61,760 nucleotides of DNA. Source: an uncultured Roseivirgaceae bacterium (lineage in GTDB: Bacteria > Bacteroidota > Bacteroidia > Cytophagales > Cyclobacteriaceae). Location: the NCBI GenBank assembly GCA_964581095.1, contig CAZONK010000001.1:1745-63504 (forward strand), given 5' to 3'. Shown piece after piece: positions 37,933-46,263 of the stretch. The translations under genes and the position numbers were made by a program. Numbering within the stretch: the first letter of the stretch is position 1; each line of letters starts with the position of its first letter. The notes below the pieces were generated by a model. It ran no database searches, had not been told where the DNA came from, and saw only the letters and a list, made by a program, of their open reading frames with translations.

Positions 37933-37965
37933 AAAGTGTTCATATGACTGGACACTTTTTTTTCT
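37933..37965 (+). terminator. Rho-independent terminator after trxA
   Basis: The stem is aaagtgt/acacttt with a 12-nt loop, followed by a T-run. Confidence 0.45.
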
Positions 37966-38387
37966 TAAATTCTATTCGAGAAAAATAAAATTCCAAACCC
38001 GATGAGTACAAGTATGATTCCAAGTACTCCTAAGATCATTGGGAAAAAATATAGGTGTGAAAAATCATCAATTGCAATTTGCTGAGGAACCTGGGGGTTA
38101 ATAAAAATTGCTAAGGAATCCTCTATCAAAAAATCCGGAGGAGAACGAAAAACATCTGATGTGTAGGCCAGTGTATCTTCTTCCCAAACGTAAGATATAA
38201 TGGGAGCTGCACCTCCTTCTGCCGGATCTACAATCAATGAAAACACCATCCCTTTTGATTGTTCCCAGTTATCTTTTATGTCTTTTACTTCAATTAGGTA
38301 ATAACCGGTTACCGTAATCAGGATTAGTCCTGCAATACTGAAGATCCATGCAGCAATCCCGATGCCTCTATCTCCTTGATTTTCCAT
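37965..38387 (-). CDS. DUF3592-like membrane protein
   Basis: 140 aa with an N-terminal and a C-terminal TM helix flanking a small beta-rich domain. Confidence 0.5.
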   Translation of the reverse strand: MENQGDRGIGIAAWIFSIAGLILITVTGYYLIEVKDIKDNWEQSKGMVFSLIVDPAEGGAAPIISYVWEEDTLAYTSDVFRSPPDFLIEDSLAIFINPQVPQQIAIDDFSHLYFFPMILGVLGIILVLIGFGILFFSNRI

Positions 38388-38496
38388 GATAGTTTCAGAT
38401 CATATTTCAATTTAAATTTAATCTGTTTGTTTTGCAATGCAGCTGAATAATATCAAAAAGAATTGATGTTATCAGTACTGAGAATCACGGATATAC

Positions 38497-39111
38497 TCAT
38501 CCAGTATATTTTGACTCCATTGTTTTAAGTTTTTTAGCATCTGTAAACGATTTCTCATGAAATTGCTTAAATGCATTTTTACTACCAAACCAATCTATTA
38601 TTTCCTTCGTATTCAAAAATGTGTCCTGTTCTGATAGTGCAATAAGGTAACTGCAAAATGGCCAGTCTTCAATTTTATTTGTAAAGCCATGGTGCACGGG
38701 ATTGTGGTGGATGTAAAATATTATGTTTGTTAAATAAGTATCAGAGTTGATTTCATTCTTTTTAAAATTAGGGGTGAAGAGGCTCCCTCTTCTTTTATAC
38801 ATCTTATTGTAGGCCTGAGTATAACTGCTAAACAGATTAGCAAATTGTTTGCTAAAACGGAATTCCATCAACTCTTGGAAAGTACCAAACTTTCCAAGAG
38901 TTGAATAATTCATTTTTAACTGATCTTCACCCAAAGTTCTAATCAAAAAATGAAAATGATTTGGCATCAGGCAATAAGCATACGTTTCAGCAATAGACTC
39001 GATATATTTTACCCATTGCTGTAAGAAGTAACGATAATTTTCATCATTTCTAAACAGGTTCTCACTTCCATTTGCCCTGTTATAAATATGATAAATTGTA
39101 TCCGGTTGCAT
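38497..39111 (-). CDS. Y1/HUH tyrosine transposase of the IS200-like family (RAYT-like), solitary copy
   Basis: 204 aa with the HUH motif PNHFHFLI and the Tyr region FYIHHNPVHHG. It is a diverged paralog of 14215..14832, and I saw no GC-rich repeats in its flanks. Confidence 0.85.
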   Translation of the reverse strand: MQPDTIYHIYNRANGSENLFRNDENYRYFLQQWVKYIESIAETYAYCLMPNHFHFLIRTLGEDQLKMNYSTLGKFGTFQELMEFRFSKQFANLFSSYTQAYNKMYKRRGSLFTPNFKKNEINSDTYLTNIIFYIHHNPVHHGFTNKIEDWPFCSYLIALSEQDTFLNTKEIIDWFGSKNAFKQFHEKSFTDAKKLKTMESKYTG

Positions 39112-39140
39112 GGTTCTTAAAGTTGTAGGTTGTAGAACTA

Positions 39141-40766
39141 TTATCCTAAGAACGGATACCTATAGTCGGTAGGTGGTACAAATGTTTCTTTAATTGTTCG
39201 TTGTGATATCCAGCGCTGCAGGTTCAGTTTTGAGCCAGCTTTATCATTCGTACCCGATGCCCTTGCTCCTCCAAAAGGCTGCTGCCCCACAACAGCACCG
39301 GTAGGTTTGTCATTTATATAAAAATTCCCGGCAGAATTAACAAGTACCTGGCTGGCCCTTTCAGCAGCATAGCGGTCTTGTGAAAATACTGCTCCGGTTA
39401 AGGCAAAAGGTGATGTGTCGTCCACAAGTTTAAGTGTTTCTTCAAACTCATCACTTTTGTACACATAAATTGTAATTACAGGGCCGAATATTTCCTCACA
39501 CATTGTTACATATTTAGGATCTTTTGTCAGTATCACAGTAGGTTCAATGAAATATCCGGTCGATTTATCACAACCTCCTCCAATGAGAATCTCTGCATTG
39601 TCATCCGACTTAGCTCCATCGAGATACTTACAAATGCTATCAAAAGCTTTTTCATCGATTACCGCATTAAAGAAGTTTGAAAAATCTTCAACACCACCAA
39701 CTTTAAAATCTTTGATGTCATCAAGGACATATCCTTTCACCTCTTCCCACATAGTATCCGGAATATATGCCCTGGAAGCCGCGGAACATTTTTGTCCCTG
39801 GTATTCAAATGCACCTCTTGTAATTGCAGTTGCCACAGATTTGGCATCGGCTGATTTATGAGCGATAATAAAATCTTTCCCGCCTGTTTCGCCAACAATC
39901 CTTGGATAAGATTTATAATTGGAAATATTAGTACCGATGGTTTTCCAGATATGTTGAAATACTCCAGTACTCCCGGTAAAATGTATTCCTCCAAAATCCC
40001 TGTGATTAAAAATAACTTCTCCAGCCTGGGGACCACTTACATACACGAGGTTAATTACCCCGGCAGGTAAACCGGCCTCTATGAAAATTTGCATAAGCAA
40101 ACTAGCTGTATAAATTGATGAATTTGCGGGTTTCCAAACTATAGTATTTCCCATCATGGCCGGGGCAGTTGGAAGATTGCCGGCAATGGAAGTAAAATTA
40201 AATGGGGTAAGTGCAAATACAAATCCCTCAAGCGGGCGATGTTCAACCCTGTTCCATATACCTGCTGATGATTCCGGCTGATCTGCATAAATCTCCGCCA
40301 TAAACTTAACATTGTACCGGAAGAAATCTGCCAATTCAGCAACTGCATCAATTTCAGATTGAAAGGGGTTCTTTGACTGAGCAAGCATGGTGGCGGCATT
40401 AAGCTTCGACCTGTAAGGACCCGAAATCAGATCAGCGGCTTTCAGAAAGACTGAAGCCCTGTGCTCCCAGGACAAGTTAGCCCATTTTTCTTTGGCCGCC
40501 ATCGCTGCATTTATGGCTTGCTCCACATGCTCGGCACTACCGGCATTAAAATACCCTAATATATGTTTGTGATCGTGCGGAGGACTCATTGCCACTTTTT
40601 TATCCGTACGAACTTCTTCCCCTCCTATATACATCGGTACTTCTATTTCCATTGAACGAGCTGTAGCTATTGCATTCTGCAACTCATCACGCTCTTTAGA
40701 ACCAGGTGCATATGTTAATACCGGCTCATTAACCGGTTCGGGGACTTTGAAAAATCCTGTAGCCAT
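39141..40766 (-). CDS. pruA: L-glutamate gamma-semialdehyde (1-pyrroline-5-carboxylate) dehydrogenase
   Basis: 541-aa aldehyde dehydrogenase with the motifs VGETGGKD and GQKCSA and a PruA-type N-terminus. Confidence 0.85.
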   Translation of the reverse strand: MATGFFKVPEPVNEPVLTYAPGSKERDELQNAIATARSMEIEVPMYIGGEEVRTDKKVAMSPPHDHKHILGYFNAGSAEHVEQAINAAMAAKEKWANLSWEHRASVFLKAADLISGPYRSKLNAATMLAQSKNPFQSEIDAVAELADFFRYNVKFMAEIYADQPESSAGIWNRVEHRPLEGFVFALTPFNFTSIAGNLPTAPAMMGNTIVWKPANSSIYTASLLMQIFIEAGLPAGVINLVYVSGPQAGEVIFNHRDFGGIHFTGSTGVFQHIWKTIGTNISNYKSYPRIVGETGGKDFIIAHKSADAKSVATAITRGAFEYQGQKCSAASRAYIPDTMWEEVKGYVLDDIKDFKVGGVEDFSNFFNAVIDEKAFDSICKYLDGAKSDDNAEILIGGGCDKSTGYFIEPTVILTKDPKYVTMCEEIFGPVITIYVYKSDEFEETLKLVDDTSPFALTGAVFSQDRYAAERASQVLVNSAGNFYINDKPTGAVVGQQPFGGARASGTNDKAGSKLNLQRWISQRTIKETFVPPTDYRYPFLG

Positions 40767-40807
40767 TTTCTTTTTTTATTTTGTGTAAACGGTTAAATAT
40801 TTGGCTG

Positions 40808-40815
40808 CAAAAATA
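40808..40815 (-). promoter_or_regulatory. -7 promoter box TATTTTTG (minus strand)
   Basis: The reverse complement matches TAnnTTTG, 41 nt upstream of the pruA start. Confidence 0.4.
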
Positions 40816-40830
40816 GATATAAACCACAAC

Positions 40831-41529
40831 TTAAAGTAGAATTTTATACAACTCACTTAGATGATTTATTTCATGACTTACGTCTTCATTATGGGATCTT
40901 TTTTGTGGATTATAATAGACCTGATCCATCCCTGCATTTTTTGCTCCTCCAATATCAGCTATCAGGTTATCTCCTATCATTATGCACTCTTCCGGTTTAG
41001 CCTGAATCCTTTCAAGAGCATACTTAAAAATAGCAATATCAGGCTTTTGCGCACCGGCACTTTCTGAAGTTACCATCACATCAAAATATTTCAACAACCC
41101 AGCCGATTCAAGCTTAATATTCTGAATTTCTTCAAATCCATTGGTTATAATATGCATCTTATAGCTAGCTGAAAGTCTTGGAACCACTTCACCGGCATTA
41201 TCAAGCAACTTTCCTTTTCTAGGACACTCCAGTAAGAAATAATCCTGTAAATCCATCGCGCCTTCGAACCCATTCATGCCCAGACGTTCAACCACCAAAG
41301 GAAACCGTTCCAACCGAATTACATCTTTGTCAATCAGTCGCTGATCGAATTTTGTCCAGAGCTCTAAATTGATCCTGAAAAACTCATCGATAAAATCATC
41401 AGAACTTAAATTATCAAACCTGTTAAGTTGAAAATGATCAAACATTTCATTTAACGTATCCCTGGCATTTGTATGGTAATCCCAGATTGTTTCATCGAGG
41501 TCAAAAAATATGTGTTTGTATTTCTTCAA
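40831..41529 (-). CDS. HAD-family hydrolase, YjjG-like nucleotidase
   Basis: It has HAD motif I FFDLDETIWD and a C-terminal GDNLIADIGGA motif. Confidence 0.75.
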   Translation of the reverse strand: MKKYKHIFFDLDETIWDYHTNARDTLNEMFDHFQLNRFDNLSSDDFIDEFFRINLELWTKFDQRLIDKDVIRLERFPLVVERLGMNGFEGAMDLQDYFLLECPRKGKLLDNAGEVVPRLSASYKMHIITNGFEEIQNIKLESAGLLKYFDVMVTSESAGAQKPDIAIFKYALERIQAKPEECIMIGDNLIADIGGAKNAGMDQVYYNPQKRSHNEDVSHEINHLSELYKILL

Positions 41530-41545
41530 TTTATAATATTAAATT

Positions 41546-41929
41546 TCAGGATTTCCATTTTTTACCCTCTACCTTATTCTTTGATAATTCCCTGTTGGAA
41601 AAGAGTGTATTGTAGTTTCGTATATCAGAGTCCAGAACAGAATCATTTTTGAGAAAATTAAATACTTGTGGTACAATGTCCATTGCTTCATCTTTTATAT
41701 AATAAAAAACCCATTGATCGAGTTTTCTTGATGAAACTATTCCGGCATTTTTAAGATAGGTAAGATGTCGTGCGGTCTTGGTTTGAGTGAAATCAAATAT
41801 CATCTCAAAGTCAGAAATTGTTAATTCTTTATTTTTGAAAAGTAAGTACAACATTCTAATGCGGGTTTCATCTGCAAGCGCCTTAAAAAACTGTGCACCA
41901 AATGTTACGTTTAAGCTTTTTAGACGCAT
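41546..41929 (-). CDS. ArsR/SmtB-type winged-helix transcriptional regulator
   Basis: FKALADETRIRMLYLL followed by an HTH segment; 127 aa. Confidence 0.7.
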   Translation of the reverse strand: MRLKSLNVTFGAQFFKALADETRIRMLYLLFKNKELTISDFEMIFDFTQTKTARHLTYLKNAGIVSSRKLDQWVFYYIKDEAMDIVPQVFNFLKNDSVLDSDIRNYNTLFSNRELSKNKVEGKKWKS

Positions 41930-41967
41930 GTTATACTTATCTTTGCTGTGTTTTACTTGCTAATTTA

Positions 41968-41975
41968 TATCTTTG
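41968..41975 (+). promoter_or_regulatory. -7 promoter box TATCTTTG
   Basis: It matches TAnnTTTG. It lies inside the ORF-track N-terminal extension, 23 nt upstream of the GTG at 41999. Confidence 0.4.
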
Positions 41976-41998
41976 AAAAATATAATTATCAAAACAGG

Positions 41999-42625
41999 GT
42001 GAATTTCAAACGTATCATAGCTTTATTTTTATTGATTACCAGTATTCAGGGTTCAAATGCGTTTGCTCAATTCGGATCTAAAAAGGAAAAAATTGTTCAA
42101 TTCTCCGGAATCGTTATTGGTGAGAATAATCTGCAATTACCTGGAGTTCACATCTACGTTCCAAAAAGTGGCAGAGGTACAACCTCAAATGTGTATGGTT
42201 ATTTTTCTATGCCGGTAATCGTGGGCGATAGTATTGTGTTCAGTTCTGTTGGGTATGAGAAATTCAGTGTTATCATTCCTGATGGCAGGGAACGTATCAG
42301 GGCCCAGATAAAATTAACAGTAGATATTACCTATCTCGAAAACGTTGATATTTCACCATTCTTATCTGAGGAAAATTTCAAACAAGCTATTCTGGCTTTG
42401 GAATTACCAAATGAAGAGGACCTGATAGCGCAAAGGCTTGATGGAGCTTCAATGGCCTATATGATTCAAAATACACCTTACGATGGAGCGTTAAATGCGA
42501 GATATTATTTAAATCAGCAAATCTATTACCAGCAGGATAAATACATGCCCCGAAGCAATCCTTTATTGAATCCATTTGCCTGGGCCCAATTCTTCAAGTC
42601 CATAAAAAAGGATAAGAATAAATAA
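41999..42625 (+). CDS. CarboxypepD_reg-like domain protein (secreted)
   Basis: A GTG start at 41999 gives a clean signal peptide (NFKRIIALFLLITSIQGSNAFA). The domain motif is FSGIVIGENNLQLPGVHIYV...GYFSMPV...VFSSVGYE. Confidence 0.7.
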   Translation: MNFKRIIALFLLITSIQGSNAFAQFGSKKEKIVQFSGIVIGENNLQLPGVHIYVPKSGRGTTSNVYGYFSMPVIVGDSIVFSSVGYEKFSVIIPDGRERIRAQIKLTVDITYLENVDISPFLSEENFKQAILALELPNEEDLIAQRLDGASMAYMIQNTPYDGALNARYYLNQQIYYQQDKYMPRSNPLLNPFAWAQFFKSIKKDKNK

Positions 42626-42887
42626 ATGTGACAGTTGAATTCCTGCATCACAAGAATATCGTAATCAAAATAAGGATAATCAGCATCAGGTAAATTATCC
42701 CGATAATCACTTTATAAAAATTAAATTCTCGTTTTTTCATAGCATCCCTCCTGTTCTTTTTCGTTCTTGTATAGTATAGTGCAGATTCTGTACCGGAAAA
42801 GAAAATGTTGATTTCAGGCTTCTAATAGCCAATTTCAATTTCCAATTTATGGTATTTCATCCATTTTATGGACTTTATTCCCATTTT

Positions 42888-42970
42888 GGGATAGGATGTG
42901 GCACCCGTCCGAACGGAATTATCCGGGCAGGCAGCCCGGTTAGCACACCCCGATAGGTCGGGAGGGCCGC
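42888..42970 (+). pseudogene. Decayed 5' copy (positions ~3-50) of the downstream tRNA-Pro
   Basis: Exact blocks ggatgtggc, gcagcccggttagc, cacc and gggccgc are shared with 43238-43287. A 28-nt insertion interrupts the D stem, the anticodon arm is degenerate, and the T arm and 3' acceptor strand are absent. Confidence 0.75.
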
Positions 42971-42976
42971 ATTGAA

Positions 42977-43231
42977 ATGAATATTGTTTATATTCTCAAG
43001 TCAGAAACTACTGCACAATGGTACATTGGGTTTACCGAAAATCTAAACCTGAGATTGCTTGATCACAACACAAATAGATCTAAATGGACAAGATTTAAAG
43101 GGCCATGGCAACTAATATTTAAACGTGAATTTGTTAACAAATCGGATGCTTTGAAATTTGAAAGACAACTTAAGAAATCAAGAAATAAGAGATATATTTG
43201 CGATCGTTTTCAAGAATATTTTCTTGAGTAA
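42977..43231 (+). CDS. Stand-alone GIY-YIG nuclease domain protein
   Basis: 84 aa with the VYIL...WYIG (GIY-YIG), conserved Arg (RLLDHN) and Glu (KFERQLK) pattern. The stop codon lies 4 nt before the tRNA. Confidence 0.85.
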   Translation: MNIVYILKSETTAQWYIGFTENLNLRLLDHNTNRSKWTRFKGPWQLIFKREFVNKSDALKFERQLKKSRNKRYICDRFQEYFLE

Positions 43232-43235
43232 AACA

Positions 43236-43310
43236 CGGGATGTGGCGCAGCCCGGTTAGCGCACCACGTTAGGGACGTGGGGGCCGCTGGTTCGAATCCA
43301 GTCATCCCGA
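43236..43310 (+). tRNA. tRNA-Pro with anticodon AGG
   Basis: The manual cloverleaf is CGGGATG-TG-GCGC-AGCCCGGTTA-GCGC-A-CCACG-TTAGGGA-CGTGG-GGGCC-GCTGG-TTCGAAT-CCAGT-CATCCCG-A. U33, G37, G18G19 and the T-loop are canonical, and CCA is not encoded. Confidence 0.85.
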
Positions 43311-43314
43311 CTTC

Positions 43315-43352
43315 GCCCATCTGATTTCTACTAGAATGAAGGTGGGCTTTTT
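43315..43352 (+). terminator. Hairpin plus T-run after tRNA-Pro
   Basis: gcccatc (43315-43321) pairs with ggtgggc (43341-43347), including one G-T pair, and is followed by tttttcc. Confidence 0.45.
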
Positions 43353-43389
43353 CCTTCCTATTTTTTCCAATTTATCTTTGCTGAGCTTC

Positions 43390-43453
43390 GTCGGGCAGGC
43401 CCGACACTGAAGCAGAAAGCCATTGACGAAGTTGATGGCTTTCTGCTTCAGTG
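43390..43453 (+). other. Structured element of unknown function: GC palindrome plus a perfect 19-bp-stem hairpin
   Basis: The palindrome is gtcgggc-ag-gcccgac at 43390-43405. cactgaagcagaaagccat (43405-43423) is the exact reverse complement of 43435-43453, with an 11-nt loop between them. Confidence 0.6.
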
Positions 43454-43586
43454 TATACCACCTACTCATGTATTACCGACCAAAGTGAGGTAGAGCTTAT
43501 CCAGTCACCCGATAATAGACAAACTAGTATTTGATATTACTCCTTTACTAACTAGCATATTATGCACCCATTCGCTCTAAATCACT

Positions 43587-43594
43587 TATTTTTG
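43587..43594 (+). promoter_or_regulatory. -7 promoter box TATTTTTG
   Basis: It matches TAnnTTTG, 14 nt upstream of the 43609 start. Confidence 0.4.
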
Positions 43595-43608
43595 TAGTCT
43601 TCTGACCC

Positions 43609-46224
43609 ATGAAACCAATAACAGTACTTCCCATAATTTTTGCATTGTTCAGCAGTTTCCTTGTTATGTCACAGGCCAAAAGGGCTTTGAACAATATTGA
43701 AAAAGAGAAATTTGAACAAGCGGAAACGCTCCTTTACAAAACCATTCAGAAAGACAGTATCAATGCCGGAGAAAAGTATGCCCTTTCTATTCTTTACTTT
43801 TCAGATAAATATCCTGGCTTTGATGTTGACAGTGCATACCTCTATATTCTCCAGGGCCTTGAAGAATATGGTTATATGGATTTAAAGGAAAAAGAGAAGC
43901 TACATAAAGATGACATTGATTCGATATTAATGCTAAATCAAAAGTCATTGATTGAAAATTATGCATTTGTCCTCGCGAAACAAAGTGATCGGCAGTTAGA
44001 CTATGAAGTCTATATTCAAAAATTTACAACCTCATCAAAATATGACTCGGCCGTATGGTATCGAAATTTAAGGGCTTATGAAAAAGCTCAGAGTATCAAT
44101 ACATGGGAAGCATATAAACAGTATATGACTGATTACCCAAACGCTGAATTATATCATGATGCAAAAACTAATTATGAAAAATTGATTTATGAAGAGAAAA
44201 CAAATGATGGAAAATTGGCATCCTATAAAAATTTCCTCACAGATTTTCCTTTTACACCCTACAGGGAAATTGTAGAAAGGGAAATATTTAAAATAGCTAC
44301 AGGAGATCATTCCATAGGAAGTTATGAGCAGTTCATTGATGAATATCCCGAAAGTAAATCATCAAAAGTTGCTGCCACACGAATTTATTTTGAAAACCCG
44401 GACATTGCATTCTCAGGTGTTGCTAAAACCTACCTCAATAAAGATTCAATCCAAACCCTGTTAGAAAGGGAAAAGGAGCCTCTTTTCATAACATTTAAAG
44501 ATCCGTACTATGTATTTAATTCACCTTCCGGATACGAAATCAAACTTAACATAACCAGGGTACTACCGGAATATCTGTGCAGGATAGTGACAGATAAATT
44601 ATTACTAACTACGATTGACTCTACTACATCAATTATTAATAAAAACGGTGCAAATATTTTCCAAAAACCAGGGATGGAAAGAATCTTCGATTTTGGTGAT
44701 GGAATTATCTCCTATAGAATCAATAGCAGGTATGGCCTCATTTTTTATGATGGTGAGGAGATATCAAAGCCTGTTTATGACAGTGTTAAACTTATCCAGC
44801 GCCAGTATATCGCTTACTTGCAAAATAAGAAATGGGGTTTACTTTCAATAAATGGCATTGAAATGACCAAACCTGTATTTGATGAAATTGATAATGCAGG
44901 AGTACTAATAAAACTGACCTCAAAGAACAGGTTTGACCTGATACCTCCCAATTACCTTATTCCTCTCCTTGATGGTGAAGAAAACACTTTTAATTTTCAA
45001 TACACAGATATAGAATTGCTGAATAACGATCTGATAATAACATATAAAGATGATGATGAAGGACTAATAACAAATGAATTGCGACCAATCCTCAATTTAG
45101 CAAAGCAGGAAATTACCATTCTTGATATGGGAATTCTTGTGGAGCAAGATAATCGATATCGCATTCTATCCAGAGAGCCCCTTATCAATCCTTCAGATAT
45201 ATTTAATTCAATTGATTACAATGATCAATGGCTTGCCGTAAAAGAAAAAGAAGGCTGGAAAATCATTTCACAAAGTGAGGACCAGGTTATTGAGGATTCA
45301 GCTGACTCAATTAACATTCTAAATTCTACAACGATTCTCATTTACAAAAATGACACAACAATTTTATACTTTTCAAATAACAAAAAAGTTTTGCTGCCTC
45401 CAGGGAGTAACTATTCCATCTTTTCTGCACCACCAATCGCGGATACAAAACCCATCAACTATTACCTGATTCAGGATGGAGCTATTAAAACTTTGTTCAA
45501 TAGCTCCGCGGATACAGTAACACTTCCTGAAAAATATAATTCTTTGTCCGCGATTGGAAATGAATACCTCGTTTACTCATACAAAAAGAAGAAAGGCCTT
45601 CTTGATTCCAATGGAAATACACTTTTAGAACCGGATTATGATGGAATTGCAAATTATAAAGATGGTAGTATCACTATTTTAGATGATGGGAAACTTGGGT
45701 TATACAATCTTTCAAAAGAAATATCCATTCCACCAATATATAACCGCTCATTGGTATTTTATAATGATTCGTTGCTGATCGCGCATAAGGATGATTCATT
45801 TGGCCTGATAAATAGTGATAATGAAGAATTCCTTTCATTCAAATATTCAAATATTTCCTATTTTAATGATTCGGTTGCATGGGTATCAGATAGTAGTACC
45901 TGGCACCTTATGAATATCTATACCCATGATGTAATCCTCCAAAATGTAGTGTCCTATCATCAAAGCCCGGATACCGGGAAAGAATACTCGCTTTTTACTA
46001 CAACGAAAGGAATGGGAATGATAAACTCAAAAAATGGCATGGTTATTAACGGTACATATACAGATATAAGAAATATCGGGAGTTTAAATGAACCGTTTTT
46101 TTATTCAGAGTTGTTTGTAAATGAAGCTTCACTATATATTGCAATAATTTATAATGCAAAAGGAAACATCATATCCAGAAACGCATATACAGAGGAAGAA
46201 TATGAAAAAGTAATTTGTGAATAA
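43609..46224 (+). CDS. WG-repeat protein with N-terminal TPR-like region
   Basis: It has a signal peptide and multiple KWG/YGLI-type repeats (KKWGLLSINGIEMTKPVFDEI, KKGLLDSNGNTLLEPDYDGI, GKLGLYNL, SFGLINSDNEEFL). Confidence 0.7.
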   Translation: MKPITVLPIIFALFSSFLVMSQAKRALNNIEKEKFEQAETLLYKTIQKDSINAGEKYALSILYFSDKYPGFDVDSAYLYILQGLEEYGYMDLKEKEKLHKDDIDSILMLNQKSLIENYAFVLAKQSDRQLDYEVYIQKFTTSSKYDSAVWYRNLRAYEKAQSINTWEAYKQYMTDYPNAELYHDAKTNYEKLIYEEKTNDGKLASYKNFLTDFPFTPYREIVEREIFKIATGDHSIGSYEQFIDEYPESKSSKVAATRIYFENPDIAFSGVAKTYLNKDSIQTLLEREKEPLFITFKDPYYVFNSPSGYEIKLNITRVLPEYLCRIVTDKLLLTTIDSTTSIINKNGANIFQKPGMERIFDFGDGIISYRINSRYGLIFYDGEEISKPVYDSVKLIQRQYIAYLQNKKWGLLSINGIEMTKPVFDEIDNAGVLIKLTSKNRFDLIPPNYLIPLLDGEENTFNFQYTDIELLNNDLIITYKDDDEGLITNELRPILNLAKQEITILDMGILVEQDNRYRILSREPLINPSDIFNSIDYNDQWLAVKEKEGWKIISQSEDQVIEDSADSINILNSTTILIYKNDTTILYFSNNKKVLLPPGSNYSIFSAPPIADTKPINYYLIQDGAIKTLFNSSADTVTLPEKYNSLSAIGNEYLVYSYKKKKGLLDSNGNTLLEPDYDGIANYKDGSITILDDGKLGLYNLSKEISIPPIYNRSLVFYNDSLLIAHKDDSFGLINSDNEEFLSFKYSNISYFNDSVAWVSDSSTWHLMNIYTHDVILQNVVSYHQSPDTGKEYSLFTTTKGMGMINSKNGMVINGTYTDIRNIGSLNEPFFYSELFVNEASLYIAIIYNAKGNIISRNAYTEEEYEKVICE

Positions 46225-46263
46225 TAGTAATATTCCTATTATTGATTTCCAATTTAAATTATC

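Noticed and set aside
42648-42740. A 30-aa minus-strand ORF (MKKREFNFYKVIIGIIYLMLIILILITIFL) resembles a type I toxin or small membrane peptide.
   Set aside because: Hydrophobic mini-ORFs arise readily in AT-rich DNA. There is no promoter box, no antisense RNA signal and no conservation evidence available.
42948-42963. The 10-mer cccgataggt, followed by a cggg-like extension, is shared between the tRNA-Pro 5' fragment and the REP-like repeat at 14070-14088. The REP units also contain T-loop-like strings (gggtcgataatcc, gggttgaacc, ggggtctgaatc). This hinted that the repeats are tRNA-derived.
   Set aside because: The case rests on one short match that could plausibly arise by chance, plus loose resemblance. 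I could not build a convincing full-length alignment by eye. It would need a proper alignment or covariance search before being claimed.
42977-43310. I considered that the GIY-YIG ORF might be a homing endonuclease inside a group I intron interrupting the tRNA.
   Set aside because: The downstream tRNA is complete and uninterrupted. The ORF is not in the anticodon loop, where bacterial tRNA group I introns sit. I could not recognise intron core pairings in the short flanks.
43336-43410. A 24-aa ORF (MKVGFFLPIFSNLSLLSFVGQARH) overlaps the tRNA terminator and the palindrome.
   Set aside because: It overlaps RNA structural elements and is too short and unsupported to call.
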